DNA of 64,000 nucleotides from the NCBI GenBank assembly GCA_964385495.1, contig CAYLPH010000021.1, positions 38,738-102,737 on the forward strand, in the 5' to 3' direction. Origin of the DNA: an uncultured Candidatus Solibacter sp. Its GTDB lineage: Bacteria > Acidobacteriota > Terriglobia > Bryobacterales > Bryobacteraceae. Shown piece after piece: positions 1 through 8,438 of this stretch. Every line of letters starts with the position of its first letter. The stretch's first letter is position 1. Both the position numbers and the translations under genes were made by a program. The notes under the pieces were generated by a model, which worked only from the letters and a program-made list of their open reading frames with translations, ran no database searches and was not told where the DNA came from.

Positions 1-491
1 ATGCGCGCCCCGTAGATCCCGGCCGCCATGGACGAGGCGATCGCGGCGGCGTCGGTCAGCCCCTGCTCCACCACCATCTTCACGCTCCCGGCCGTATCGT
101 AAAACGTGTTTTTCTCCAGATGCGGATGCGCGGCAAAGAAATCCAGGCACTGATTCAAGGCCACCGGATGGGAAAACACGCGCCGGATTCCGCTCCATTT
201 CACACCCTCGGGAGCAATCAGATTATGGACAATCCGTAGCTTTGTTTCTCCTACGATTACCACGTCAAAATTGAGGAAATGGTCGTAGTTTTCGATTACC
301 GACCCGTGCAAAGTATTCTCAATAGGAATTACCGCCGCATCGACGCCGCCGTTCACCAGCGCCCGGAAGACCAGGTCGAACCGCTCGTACGGGACGGCCT
401 TCACATCCTCTCCCAGCAACTGCCGCGCCGCCGCCTGGCTGAATGCCCCCAACTCGCCTTGGAACCCCGCCCGTACCCGCCTTCTCTTCAT
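1..491 (-). CDS. pheA: prephenate dehydratase, N-terminal ~163 codons (gene continues past the window start)
   Basis: Hand translation of the minus strand from the ATG at 491-489 gives MKRRRVRAGFQGELGAFSQAAARQLLGEDVKAVPYERFDLVFRALVNGGVDAAVIPIENTLHGSVIENYDHF..., a PDT-domain N-terminus. Its ATG overlaps the ubiX stop (ATGA at 488-491). It is missing from the ORF track because there is no stop inside the window. Confidence 0.8.
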   Translation of the reverse strand, partial: MKRRRVRAGFQGELGAFSQAAARQLLGEDVKAVPYERFDLVFRALVNGGVDAAVIPIENTLHGSVIENYDHFLNFDVVIVGETKLRIVHNLIAPEGVKWSGIRRVFSHPVALNQCLDFFAAHPHLEKNTFYDTAGSVKMVVEQGLTDAAAIASSMAAGIYGAR

Positions 492-1054
492 ACCCGTCCT
501 CCCTGCCAGCGCGTGGTCGTCTCGCCCGGCAACCCGAGCAGGTCCAGCACGCGGTCCACACTGAAATTCACGATATCGTCCACCGTCTGGGGACGGGTAT
601 AAAACGCCGGAACCGGCGGCGCGATGATCGCACCCATCTCCGCCAAAGCCGTCATCGAGCGTAGATGGCCCAGGTGAAACGGCGTCTCCCGTACCAGTAG
701 AATCAGCTTTCGCCGCTCCTTTAAGGTGACGTCGGCGGCGCGTACCAGCAGGTTACTGGCGATCCCGCAAGCGATGGAGGACATGCTGGAGATGGAGCAC
801 GGCGCCACCACCATGGCATCGGTCAGAAACGAGCCGGATGCCAGCTTTGCCCCAATATCTTCAACAGGATAGCTGTAGTCGGCCAAGGCCTTGAGATCGG
901 CCGCCAGGCGCCCCGTCTCGAGGTACGCCGTGCGTTCCCCCGAGCGTGTCAACACCAGATGCGTTTCCACTCCACCCCGCGCGCGCAGCTTTTCGAGCAG
1001 CCGAATCCCGTAGATGGAGCCGCTCGCTCCGGAGATCCCCACGATGATTCTCAA
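488..1054 (-). CDS. ubiX: flavin prenyltransferase UbiX
   Basis: 188-aa ORF. MRIIVGISGASGSIYGIRLLEKL... and ...AMVVAPCSISSMSSIACGIASNLLVRAADVTLKERRKLILLVRETP match the UbiX/Pad1 family along the full length. Confidence 0.9.
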   Translation of the reverse strand: MRIIVGISGASGSIYGIRLLEKLRARGGVETHLVLTRSGERTAYLETGRLAADLKALADYSYPVEDIGAKLASGSFLTDAMVVAPCSISSMSSIACGIASNLLVRAADVTLKERRKLILLVRETPFHLGHLRSMTALAEMGAIIAPPVPAFYTRPQTVDDIVNFSVDRVLDLLGLPGETTTRWQGGRV

Positions 1055-1077
1055 AATTTCCCTCCAACTCGCGGTTT

Positions 1078-1095
1078 TGTTCCGAAAACGGAACA
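1078..1095. promoter_or_regulatory. perfect inverted repeat TGTTCCG-AAAA-CGGAACA, a candidate operator or 5'-UTR hairpin in the ubiX/XRE divergent spacer
   Basis: Read directly: 7-bp arms with a 4-nt spacer, 24 nt upstream of the ubiX ATG and upstream of the candidate XRE promoter. Confidence 0.3.
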
Positions 1096-1111
1096 GCCTT
1101 CTCGCAAGCGG

Positions 1112-1141
1112 TTGCCCCCACCCGCGCCGATTGTCTATAAT
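1112..1141 (+). promoter_or_regulatory. candidate sigma70-type promoter TTGCCC-N18-TATAAT for the XRE-family gene
   Basis: TTGCCC at 1112-1117 and a consensus TATAAT at 1136-1141, 77 nt upstream of the ATG at 1219. Confidence 0.35.
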
Positions 1142-1218
1142 CCGAACGGGTCCCGGCCCGGCCCCGCAATCGGCATCTGACGCGCAACGCTGACTTCATT
1201 TCACGAGAACTTTTTAGC

Positions 1219-2013
1219 ATGGAGGAAGCCGGACAGAAACTCAAGCGGACCCGGGAACGGCTAAATCTTCGCTACCGCGACGTGGAAGAAGCTTCCCTGC
1301 GCATCGCCGAACGGCAGCGCAACGACGAGTTTATCCTCGGCCTCAGCCGCCTCGCCGACATCGAAAACAAAGGCGTTCTGCCCTCGCTGTACCGGCTTTA
1401 CTCGCTGTGCGCCATCTACCGCCTGGATCCGCTCGAAGTCATGCGCTGGTATGGCGTCGATTTCGCCACTCTCCCCTCCGACGCCGCGCAGATCGAGATC
1501 GAACGTACCCATCCGATCGGGTTCAACGCCAATGGGCATGGGCACGTCACTCTGCCGCTAACCCTCGATCCCGGCGTCGACCTGCGCCGCACCACGTATC
1601 TCTCGCGCATGATCCAACGCTGGGGCCGCCTCCCCCTCATGCTGCTCGAAAGTCTTGATCTGGAAGAGCACCGGTACGGCTTTATCGGTACCGACGATTA
1701 CTTTATGTATCCGATTCTACAGCCCGGCTCGCTAATCCTCATCGACGAAACCAAACGTAAGGTCGTCGATACCGGTTGGACGAGCGAGTTCGAACGCCCG
1801 ATCTACTTTTTGGAGCACAAGGGCGGTTGGGCTTGCGCTTGGTGCCACCTCACCGATGGTGGCCAGATGGTCCTGCACCCCCACCCCGCTTCGCGCTGTA
1901 ACCCACTTTTTTTCCAGCATCCACAGGAGATTGAAGTGATCGGCCAAATTACCGGCGTCGCGATGCGTCTCGATCCGGCGAAGAAACGCCGAGCTCGTTC
2001 CGCATCAAGCTGA
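1219..2013 (+). CDS. XRE-family HTH transcriptional regulator with a C-terminal S24 (LexA/CI)-like domain
   Basis: 264-aa ORF. The N-terminus has an HTH_XRE-like segment (LKRTRERLNLRYRDVEEASLRIAERQRNDEF...LPSLYRLYSLCAIYRLDPLEVMRWYG). The C-terminal ~100 aa resembles the S24 beta fold (FMYPILQPGSLILIDETKRKV...VIGQITGVAMRL), but the position of the GxSM serine reads F-M-Y-P. Confidence 0.65.
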   Translation: MEEAGQKLKRTRERLNLRYRDVEEASLRIAERQRNDEFILGLSRLADIENKGVLPSLYRLYSLCAIYRLDPLEVMRWYGVDFATLPSDAAQIEIERTHPIGFNANGHGHVTLPLTLDPGVDLRRTTYLSRMIQRWGRLPLMLLESLDLEEHRYGFIGTDDYFMYPILQPGSLILIDETKRKVVDTGWTSEFERPIYFLEHKGGWACAWCHLTDGGQMVLHPHPASRCNPLFFQHPQEIEVIGQITGVAMRLDPAKKRRARSASS

Positions 2014-2452
2014 GCAGCGCGTCGAGATCGGCGAGGAACAGTTCCCGCTCCAGCGCGCTTGCGTTGCCAGGCACAACCGCGCGGTACGGCTCGATTTGAC
2101 TCCATGTTTCGACCACGCGCCGGCGCTCGGGCTCCAGGCCTGAAACATATAGCTCCAGGTCCACTTTCTGCTGTTCCAAACCGTAGCCAAGCCACTCGGC
2201 AAAGAGCCCTTCGTGGCTGTTGGCCATGGCGCGCCCAGCCTGCTCCCATCCAAAAACGGCCGCGAAGCCGTGGTGACGGTACTCGCCACTGTTGGTATCG
2301 CGAAGCGAAGCCAGGTACACGAGCCTTCCGAAAGTGGAAGGGATCTGGGATAAGGTGCGCTGCCAAAGGTCGGCGGCGGCATCAGATGCGGGCACGGATC
2401 CTCCGCGATGGTCAAACCCATCCTCGCGTCTGATTGTACAACAACGGTGCAA
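1949..2452 (-). CDS. conserved-looking hypothetical protein
   Basis: 167-aa ORF with protein-like composition (..LWQRTLSQIPSTFGRLVYLASLRDTNSGEYRHHGFAAVFGWEQAGRAMANSHEGLFAEWLGYGLEQQKVDLELYV..). No competing ORF is credible here. Its 3' end overlaps the XRE gene convergently by 65 nt. Confidence 0.55.
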   Translation of the reverse strand: MHRCCTIRREDGFDHRGGSVPASDAAADLWQRTLSQIPSTFGRLVYLASLRDTNSGEYRHHGFAAVFGWEQAGRAMANSHEGLFAEWLGYGLEQQKVDLELYVSGLEPERRRVVETWSQIEPYRAVVPGNASALERELFLADLDALLSLMRNELGVSSPDRDASRRR

Positions 2453-2601
2453 CTACCGTGCGCGAAACACCTTACCCGCGCTTGCCGCGCCACCCTTGTT
2501 CTGAAATACGAAAACCTCTGTCGTTTCAATTCGTTCGGGGCAACTCACGGGTATTCTCGAAGTGTCCCGCACCGAGACGAACGAAAACAAGGAGATTTCA
2601 A

Positions 2602-2739
2602 ATGATCACTCGCCTTCTGTTACTCGCCGCCCTTACGCTGGCCACCTTGGCCACCCCCAGCAATGCCATCGACATCCCGTTCCCCGACTGCTCGCCGGAA
2701 AACTGCGACAGCACTCCCCCCAACCCTCCCGCCCGCTAG
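2602..2739 (+). CDS. small secreted peptide (45 aa): signal peptide plus a 23-aa Pro/Cys-rich mature part
   Basis: ATG at 2602 follows AAGGAGATTTCAA (a strong SD at 6-nt spacing). The product is MITRLLLLAALTLATLATPSNA/IDIPFPDCSPENCDSTPPNPPAR. The track lists a longer 2434-2739 ORF whose N-terminal part is junk. Confidence 0.45.
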   Translation: MITRLLLLAALTLATLATPSNAIDIPFPDCSPENCDSTPPNPPAR

Positions 2740-2865
2740 GGCCGGCTGGTACGCGAGCCCCCGCCGTGATCAGGCTCGCTTCCCGGCTCCTTATCCTTCA
2801 GCCAAGGGCCAACACCCCTCGGGCGCCGATCTCCTGATCGCGGGCGGCTGCATGCGCCGCTCGCG

Positions 2866-3681
2866 ATGATACACTCGACATTTGCACCTGCAACCGGTGC
2901 CATGAGTGAATCCATCTTCCGCTTTAATTCGCTGCTTGTCCTGATATCCGCCCTGCTCACGGCGGGGGTGGTGGTGCGTCTGCTGCAAGGGCGCCTTTGG
3001 ACCCGCTACCGGTTCTTCTTTTGCTTCCTCGTATTTGCCCTGTTCCGGCTCGCCGTTGTCACCTTCGTCCCGCTGAGCCGTAAGTCCTACTCTGTCTTTT
3101 TTATCACTACGGAATCGATAAACCTAGTCCTATACGTCCTGATTACACTGGAGATATACAGCCTACTTTTCGAGCGCTATCCGGGCATCCAATCGCTTTC
3201 CCGCTGGGTCACCCTCGCCGCGATGGGGATTTCTCTCCTCGTAGCCGCGATGTCGCTCCGGCCCGACGTCGCCAGCAAGAGCCGGAACCTAATACTCGAC
3301 TACCTGTTCATCGCCGACCGCGGCGTGCTTTCCGGCATGGCGGCGCTGATTCTGCTCATGAGCCTGTTCCTCGCTTGGTATCCGGTCAGCCTGCCCCGGA
3401 ACGTAATCACCCACACCATATTGTTCGGGGTCTATTTCCTGGCGAAGGCCTCCGTGGTTCTGGTGCGCAACCTCAGTTCCAGCTACACTTCCCAGCCGTA
3501 TACCACGGTTGTCAGTATCGTTGGATCGGTTTGCCTGCTGCTTTGGCTGCTGCGGCTGCGCCCCGCCGGCGAAGCCGTCCTGCGGGTCGTCGGCCATCAG
3601 TGGAACCGGGCCGATGAAGAGAAGCTGATCCGGCAACTGGAGCAGGTTAATCAGGCCCTGACCCGCTCGGCGCGGGAATAG
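2866..3681 (+). CDS. polytopic integral membrane protein, function unknown
   Basis: 271-aa ORF with ~7 hydrophobic segments (LLVLISALLTAGVVV, FFFCFLVFALFRLAVVTFVPL, INLVLYVLITLEIYSLLF, ...). GC content looks lower than the surroundings by eye. An alternative start is M13 (2902). Confidence 0.6.
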   Translation: MIHSTFAPATGAMSESIFRFNSLLVLISALLTAGVVVRLLQGRLWTRYRFFFCFLVFALFRLAVVTFVPLSRKSYSVFFITTESINLVLYVLITLEIYSLLFERYPGIQSLSRWVTLAAMGISLLVAAMSLRPDVASKSRNLILDYLFIADRGVLSGMAALILLMSLFLAWYPVSLPRNVITHTILFGVYFLAKASVVLVRNLSSSYTSQPYTTVVSIVGSVCLLLWLLRLRPAGEAVLRVVGHQWNRADEEKLIRQLEQVNQALTRSARE

Positions 3682-3767
3682 CCCTGCTTTGTCGCGGAAA
3701 TACGGGAATAATCTGGCTTAATTTCCATTGCAATTGGCGCGATCATCCGGTATGCTTCTGACAAGGT

Positions 3768-4304
3768 ATGACGTCACAGTTCCCCGTCTGGCTTCTCTCC
3801 GCCATGGTGGTTTGCCTGGCAGCACTCTTCGCATGGCTGCTCGGTCGCATTCTGCGGATCGCGCCGGTGTACCCGGCATCCCGTTCCGAATCGCGGCGCC
3901 CGCTGAACCTCCGTCCAATGGAGCGGTTGCTGCGGGACGATGACTTCTCCTACCTCGCCAGTCTCCCTGGATACACTCCCGAGGTAGGACAGCGGCTTCG
4001 CGCCCGCCGCGTCGAGGTCTTCCGCGGCTATCTTTCCCAGGTGGAGGCAGAGTTCCACAGGCTGCATCTCGCCTTACGCCTCATCGGCCTCACTTCCGGG
4101 CAGGACCGGCCCGACTTGGCCCGGCTCCTTCTTGAGCAGCGAGTGGTCTTCTCCTACCGGATGTTCCAGGTGCGGCTGCGTCTGCTGTTCTTCGGCTTCG
4201 GCATCCGCCCGCTGGCCACGGGCGACATCGTGCGGACGGTCGAGGTCCTTCGCGAGCAGATTGCGACCCTCCAGCCGGCTATTGCGAGCGCGCCGGCTGC
4301 CTAG
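3768..4304 (+). CDS. membrane-anchored hypothetical protein
   Basis: 178-aa ORF with an N-terminal TM (FPVWLLSAMVVCLAALFAWLLG) followed by an Arg/Leu-rich helical region. I recognised no family. Confidence 0.5.
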   Translation: MTSQFPVWLLSAMVVCLAALFAWLLGRILRIAPVYPASRSESRRPLNLRPMERLLRDDDFSYLASLPGYTPEVGQRLRARRVEVFRGYLSQVEAEFHRLHLALRLIGLTSGQDRPDLARLLLEQRVVFSYRMFQVRLRLLFFGFGIRPLATGDIVRTVEVLREQIATLQPAIASAPAA

Positions 4305-5058
4305 CCTGTCGCCGTTGCGCCGTCACCAGCTTCCCAAATTCCCGCCTGATCCACGCCTCGGCGTCCTCATGGCGTAAGAACTCGCGCTCCCTGTCTCGAA
4401 ACTCGGGCGGATGGACGCACCGCCGCCCGCCTTTCCGCTCCACCGGAAAGACCAGGTGCAGCATCTCGTGGTACAGCACATAGTCCACGACATACTCCGG
4501 CACCGCGGAATGGTCCAGCATCCGGTTCAACACGATCGTATGGTGGCTCCGGTCGTAGTGCCCTAACTCCCACCGTCCGCCCGTCACACTCCACCCTAAT
4601 TCCGGCCGTGCCATCAGTCCGTGGAAATAATGCCGGTTCAGCGCTTCGAAGCGATCCACCAGGTCGTACACCGCGCCGCCTGGGGCCAGCACCCGCTTCC
4701 GTCCCCGCTCCCGCCGTACCTTCTCCAGCATCTTCTGGACATCTTGCCGTTGCAGGTAGCGCCGGTAACGGCCGGCGAACCGGCGTGGCACCGGGCGGCG
4801 AAACAGCTTGCTTACCAGGATATGCCCTAACGCATGCCAGACATCCTCCGGGGCATCCCGCAAAACGTCGCAGAGCCGCACCCGCAACACCCCGTCGCGT
4901 AGCGAAACGTGACTCGTTGCCGTCGCAAAATCGCAGAACTCGACTACCACTCGCGTGAGCGCCTCACGCGGCCGGCATTCGGCAAAGGCCCGTGCGAATG
5001 CCGCTTCCGCAGTTCCTGTAGCATTCCACTCCCCCGGCACCGCCTCCGAATGTACCAT
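4279..5058 (-). CDS. DUF45/YgjP (SprT-like, M48-related) zinc metallohydrolase
   Basis: The C-terminal block is ...HHTIVLNRMLDHSAVPEYVVDYVLYHEMLHLVFPVERKGGRRCVHPPEFRDREREF with an HEMLH zinc motif. The track ORF extends to 5139, but that would overlap the fabH start. The internal ATG at 5058 (MVHSEAVPG...) leaves a 61-nt divergent spacer. Confidence 0.65.
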   Translation of the reverse strand: MVHSEAVPGEWNATGTAEAAFARAFAECRPREALTRVVVEFCDFATATSHVSLRDGVLRVRLCDVLRDAPEDVWHALGHILVSKLFRRPVPRRFAGRYRRYLQRQDVQKMLEKVRRERGRKRVLAPGGAVYDLVDRFEALNRHYFHGLMARPELGWSVTGGRWELGHYDRSHHTIVLNRMLDHSAVPEYVVDYVLYHEMLHLVFPVERKGGRRCVHPPEFRDREREFLRHEDAEAWIRREFGKLVTAQRRQARQPARSQ

Positions 5059-5119
5059 AGAGAGAATGAGCAGACGGCGGATGCTGACAACCAGCCCCCC
5101 GCCTCTGTAGGAGAACACG

Positions 5120-6112
5120 TTGCCTAGAGCCAAGATCACAGCCTTGGGTTGCTACACGCCCGAACAGATAATGACCAACTTCGATCTGGAGAAGATAGTA
5201 GAGACTTCGAACGACTGGATTCTGGAACGCACCGGCATCCAGCAGCGGCACATCGCTCCGCCCGGCATGGCCACTTCCGACCTCGCCATCGAGGCCGCCA
5301 AACGCACCTTGGCCCACCGCGGCATAGACGGTTCCAGCATCGAAGCGATCCTGCTCTGCACGGTGACGCCGGACATGCTGTTCCCTTCCACCGCGTGTCT
5401 GGTTCAGGATCGCATTGGAGCCAAGGGCGCGTGGGGATTCGATCTGGTCGCCGCCTGCTCCGGATTCGTTTATGGCCTGACCACGGCGGCTCACATGGTC
5501 AGTTCCGGAGCGCACAAGCGTGTGCTCGTCATCGGCGCCGACACCATGTCCCGCATCATTAACTACAAGGACCGGGCCACCTGCGTGCTATTCGGCGACG
5601 GTGCCGGCGCCATGCTGGTGGAACCGGCCGAGGAGGGCGACGACACCGGTTTCGTCGGCTTCTTAAACGAGATTGACGGCTCCGGCGGAGACTTCCTGAA
5701 GATGCCCGCCGGCGGCAGCCGCCTGCCTGCTTCTCACGCCACCATCGACGCGGACCAGCATTACGTGCATCAGGATGGCGGGCAGGTTTTCAAGTACGCC
5801 GTGCGGAAAATGTACGAGATCTGCCGCGATTTGCTGGCCAAGCACGACCTAACCGTCAATGACGTGAAGATGATGATTCCCCACCAGGCCAATCGCCGCA
5901 TCATCACCGCCGCCGCCGAGCGCCTGGGCATGCCCTGCGACCGCGTCCAGATCAGCATTCACAAATACGGCAATACCACCGCCGCCACCATCCCGCTGGC
6001 CACGCAGGACGCCATTGAGGAAGGAAAAGTGCAGAAAGGCGACCTCGTCCTATTTGCAGCCGTTGGCGCCGGCTTCACGGTCGGGGCCAACCTGTGGCGG
6101 TGGGGCTACTAA
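5120..6112 (+). CDS. fabH: 3-oxoacyl-ACP synthase III
   Basis: 330-aa ORF with a TTG start. ...ITALGCYTPEQIMTNFDLEKIVETSNDWILERTGIQQRHIA..., the active-site region AACSGFVYGL and the C-terminal ...HQANRRII...GNTTAATIPLA... are typical FabH. Confidence 0.92.
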   Translation: MPRAKITALGCYTPEQIMTNFDLEKIVETSNDWILERTGIQQRHIAPPGMATSDLAIEAAKRTLAHRGIDGSSIEAILLCTVTPDMLFPSTACLVQDRIGAKGAWGFDLVAACSGFVYGLTTAAHMVSSGAHKRVLVIGADTMSRIINYKDRATCVLFGDGAGAMLVEPAEEGDDTGFVGFLNEIDGSGGDFLKMPAGGSRLPASHATIDADQHYVHQDGGQVFKYAVRKMYEICRDLLAKHDLTVNDVKMMIPHQANRRIITAAAERLGMPCDRVQISIHKYGNTTAATIPLATQDAIEEGKVQKGDLVLFAAVGAGFTVGANLWRWGY

Positions 6113-6121
6113 CGCCAGCCC

Positions 6122-6760
6122 CTACCGGTACTTCCGCAGTACCGCCAGCAACTTCCCCTGCACCTCTACATCCTGGCTGGAAACGAAGATGGGCTCCATC
6201 GCCGCATTGGCGGGTTGCAGACGGACGTTGCCGTCGCCCTCCCGGTAGAAGCGTTTGAGCGTCGTGTCCGACCCCTTCACCAACGCCACCACGATGTCCC
6301 CGTTCCGCACGTTCGCGGTGCGCTCGATCAGTACGTAATCGCCATCGCAGATGTGATCTTCGATCATCGACTGCCCGCGCACTTGCAGTGCGTAGAGATC
6401 ACGGTCATTCACCAGATCCGAGAAATTCAGCGTCTCATTGGTCGAGTACGACTCCACCGGCGCTCCGGCGGCAATCCGGCCCTGAACCTCCACTTCCAGC
6501 GGCGGCACTCCCAAACTCGCGCTACTCTCGCGCCGCCACTCCTTTAGATAGCTCGCGGATAGCTCCAGCGAGCGGCTTTGGTTGAAGCCGCGCTTCAAGT
6601 ACTGCTTCGTCTCCAGCGTCTGGATGTGCTTATGCACGGTCGCCAGGGACGCCAACTCCAAGCCCGTCGCAATCTCTTCGTAGCTGGGGCAGTAGCCGTT
6701 TTTGTCCACAAATCCGGCTATGAAGTCCAATACTTCTTTCTGTCGGCGTGTAAGGGCCAT
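6122..6760 (-). CDS. lexA: LexA repressor
   Basis: MALTRRQKEVLDFIAGFVDKNGYCPSYEEIATGLELASLATVHKHIQTLETKQYL... plus the S24 block ...LQVRGQSMIEDHICDGDYVLIE...VVALVKGSDTTLKRF. The start is set at the ATG at 6760; the 23-codon upstream extension in the track is not LexA-like. Confidence 0.92.
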   Translation of the reverse strand: MALTRRQKEVLDFIAGFVDKNGYCPSYEEIATGLELASLATVHKHIQTLETKQYLKRGFNQSRSLELSASYLKEWRRESSASLGVPPLEVEVQGRIAAGAPVESYSTNETLNFSDLVNDRDLYALQVRGQSMIEDHICDGDYVLIERTANVRNGDIVVALVKGSDTTLKRFYREGDGNVRLQPANAAMEPIFVSSQDVEVQGKLLAVLRKYR

Positions 6761-6775
6761 GGCCCCATTATTGGC

Positions 6776-6790
6776 GAAGAAAAAGTGAAC
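6776..6790 (-). promoter_or_regulatory. candidate LexA operator (GTTC-N7-CTTC on the minus strand)
   Basis: The minus strand reads GTTCACTTTTTCTTC. That is one mismatch from the GTTC-N7-GTTC direct repeat reported for Acidobacterium/alphaproteobacterial LexA (from memory). It lies in the 67-nt spacer between lexA and the divergent serine hydrolase gene. Confidence 0.3.
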
Positions 6791-6827
6791 GTCAAGTCCT
6801 GTTTCCTGGACGCTATACTGGCTCTTC

Positions 6828-8438
6828 ATGCTTTTCCTGCCCGCCCTAGCCGCAGCGCTGTTCGCGGCCGCCGCACCTTCCCCCGACGCTCTGTTTGAAA
6901 AGTTGAACTCGACCCGCTCGCCGGGCTGTGCGGTGGGCGTCCTTCAGGACGGTAAAGTCTTGGTGGAAAAGGGCTATGGGATGGCCAGTCTCGAATACCA
7001 GCTTCCCATAACGGCGCGTTCGCGCTTCTATCTCGGCTCCACTTCCAAGGAATTCACGGCACTCACTGTGCTGCAGCTTGCCGAACAGGGACGGCTCTCG
7101 CTCGACGACTCCATCCGCCGTCACTTCCGGCAACTTCCCGCGTATACCGAAGCGGTGAAGGTGCGCCATCTGTTGGAACACACCAGCGGAATCCGCGATT
7201 ACATTGGCCTGTGGACCATCAACGGCGCCGGCGACGACACTCCACTGAATGAAACGCAAGTCTTTCGCCTCTTGGAACGCCAGAGTGCCCTGAACTTCGC
7301 CCCAGGGAGTGAGTTTCTCTACAGCAATTCCGGCTATTTCCTACTCGCCCAACTCACCCGGCCGCTCGCCCAGCGCCAATTTCCCGACCTCGCCCGCGAG
7401 CTGATTTTCGCTCCTCTTGGACTTGCGGACACCCTCTATTACACCGACCGTTTTGCTATCCTGCCCAACCGCGCCCAAGGTCATTCCCCGACTGGCTCGC
7501 AAGGCGCCTACCGGCTGAACAACGCCACGCTCGATCTTGCCGGTGACGGCGGCGTCTTCAGTTCCCTCCAGGATGTCCTCACCTGGCTCAAGCTGCTCGA
7601 CAGCCCTCCGCCCGCCTACGCCGCTTCTATCAAAGCCATGATGACACCCGCCAGGCTGAACTCGGGCGGGCTGGCCGAATACGGCCGTGGCTTCATGCTG
7701 CGCCAGTTTAAGGGCATCGATATCATCCAGCACCCAGGCGGACTGCGCGGCTACCGCTCCGATATCCTCTGGATCCCTTCCAAGCGTCTTGGCGTGGCTT
7801 GCCTCTGCAACACCAGTGATATCGACGCTGGCCGCATGACTCGCCAGATCGCCAGTCTCTATCTCAACCTGCCCGACCCACCCATCGTCAAGCTTCACAT
7901 CGCGCAACTGCAGCGCAAGACCGGCCAATTCCGCGACACGGACTCCGGCGATATCCTCCAACTCCAAATGCAAGGCGATCAACTGGTGGCCAACTACACT
8001 GGTTTCCAATTCGCCCTGCAGGCCGCCACACCCACCCGGTTTCGCTCCGCCCCCGGCTCCCCGCTCGACTTCGAACTCCAGTTCAAGTCCGATGGCGACC
8101 GCGACCTGCCGTCGTTCCAGCGCGTCGAAGCCGAATCGCATAAGCCCGCGCGCTACCAACGCATCAAGCTCGATCCTACTCCGCCGGCCAGCCCCAAAGA
8201 CTACGAAGGCACCTTCATTTCCACGGAAGTTGATGCCCAATGCCGCATTCGCTTCGAGGAAGGCCAATTGCAGTTCGAACAGAATGGGCTGGCGATGGGA
8301 GCCCTGGCCCACATCGCCGGCGAGTACTTCGCCTTGGCGAATCTGAATGTGGAGTTCCTGCGCGAAGGGGGGAAGGTAGTGGGAATGAAGCTAAATACCG
8401 GACGCGTCCGCGGATTGCGGTTCCAGCGCCTGCCATGA
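6828..8438 (+). CDS. secreted serine hydrolase, class C beta-lactamase / PBP fold, with an extra C-terminal domain
   Basis: 536-aa ORF with a signal peptide (MLFLPALAAALFAAAAPSP), the SxxK motif in YLGSTSKEFTALTVLQL and the YxN motif in LYSNSGYFLL. Confidence 0.85.
   Translation: MLFLPALAAALFAAAAPSPDALFEKLNSTRSPGCAVGVLQDGKVLVEKGYGMASLEYQLPITARSRFYLGSTSKEFTALTVLQLAEQGRLSLDDSIRRHFRQLPAYTEAVKVRHLLEHTSGIRDYIGLWTINGAGDDTPLNETQVFRLLERQSALNFAPGSEFLYSNSGYFLLAQLTRPLAQRQFPDLARELIFAPLGLADTLYYTDRFAILPNRAQGHSPTGSQGAYRLNNATLDLAGDGGVFSSLQDVLTWLKLLDSPPPAYAASIKAMMTPARLNSGGLAEYGRGFMLRQFKGIDIIQHPGGLRGYRSDILWIPSKRLGVACLCNTSDIDAGRMTRQIASLYLNLPDPPIVKLHIAQLQRKTGQFRDTDSGDILQLQMQGDQLVANYTGFQFALQAATPTRFRSAPGSPLDFELQFKSDGDRDLPSFQRVEAESHKPARYQRIKLDPTPPASPKDYEGTFISTEVDAQCRIRFEEGQLQFEQNGLAMGALAHIAGEYFALANLNVEFLREGGKVVGMKLNTGRVRGLRFQRLP

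Noticed and set aside
6761-6829. 23-codon N-terminal extension of LexA (track start 6829)
   Set aside because: LexA homology begins at MALTRRQKEVL (ATG at 6760). The extension would consume the whole divergent promoter region and overlap the neighbouring gene start.
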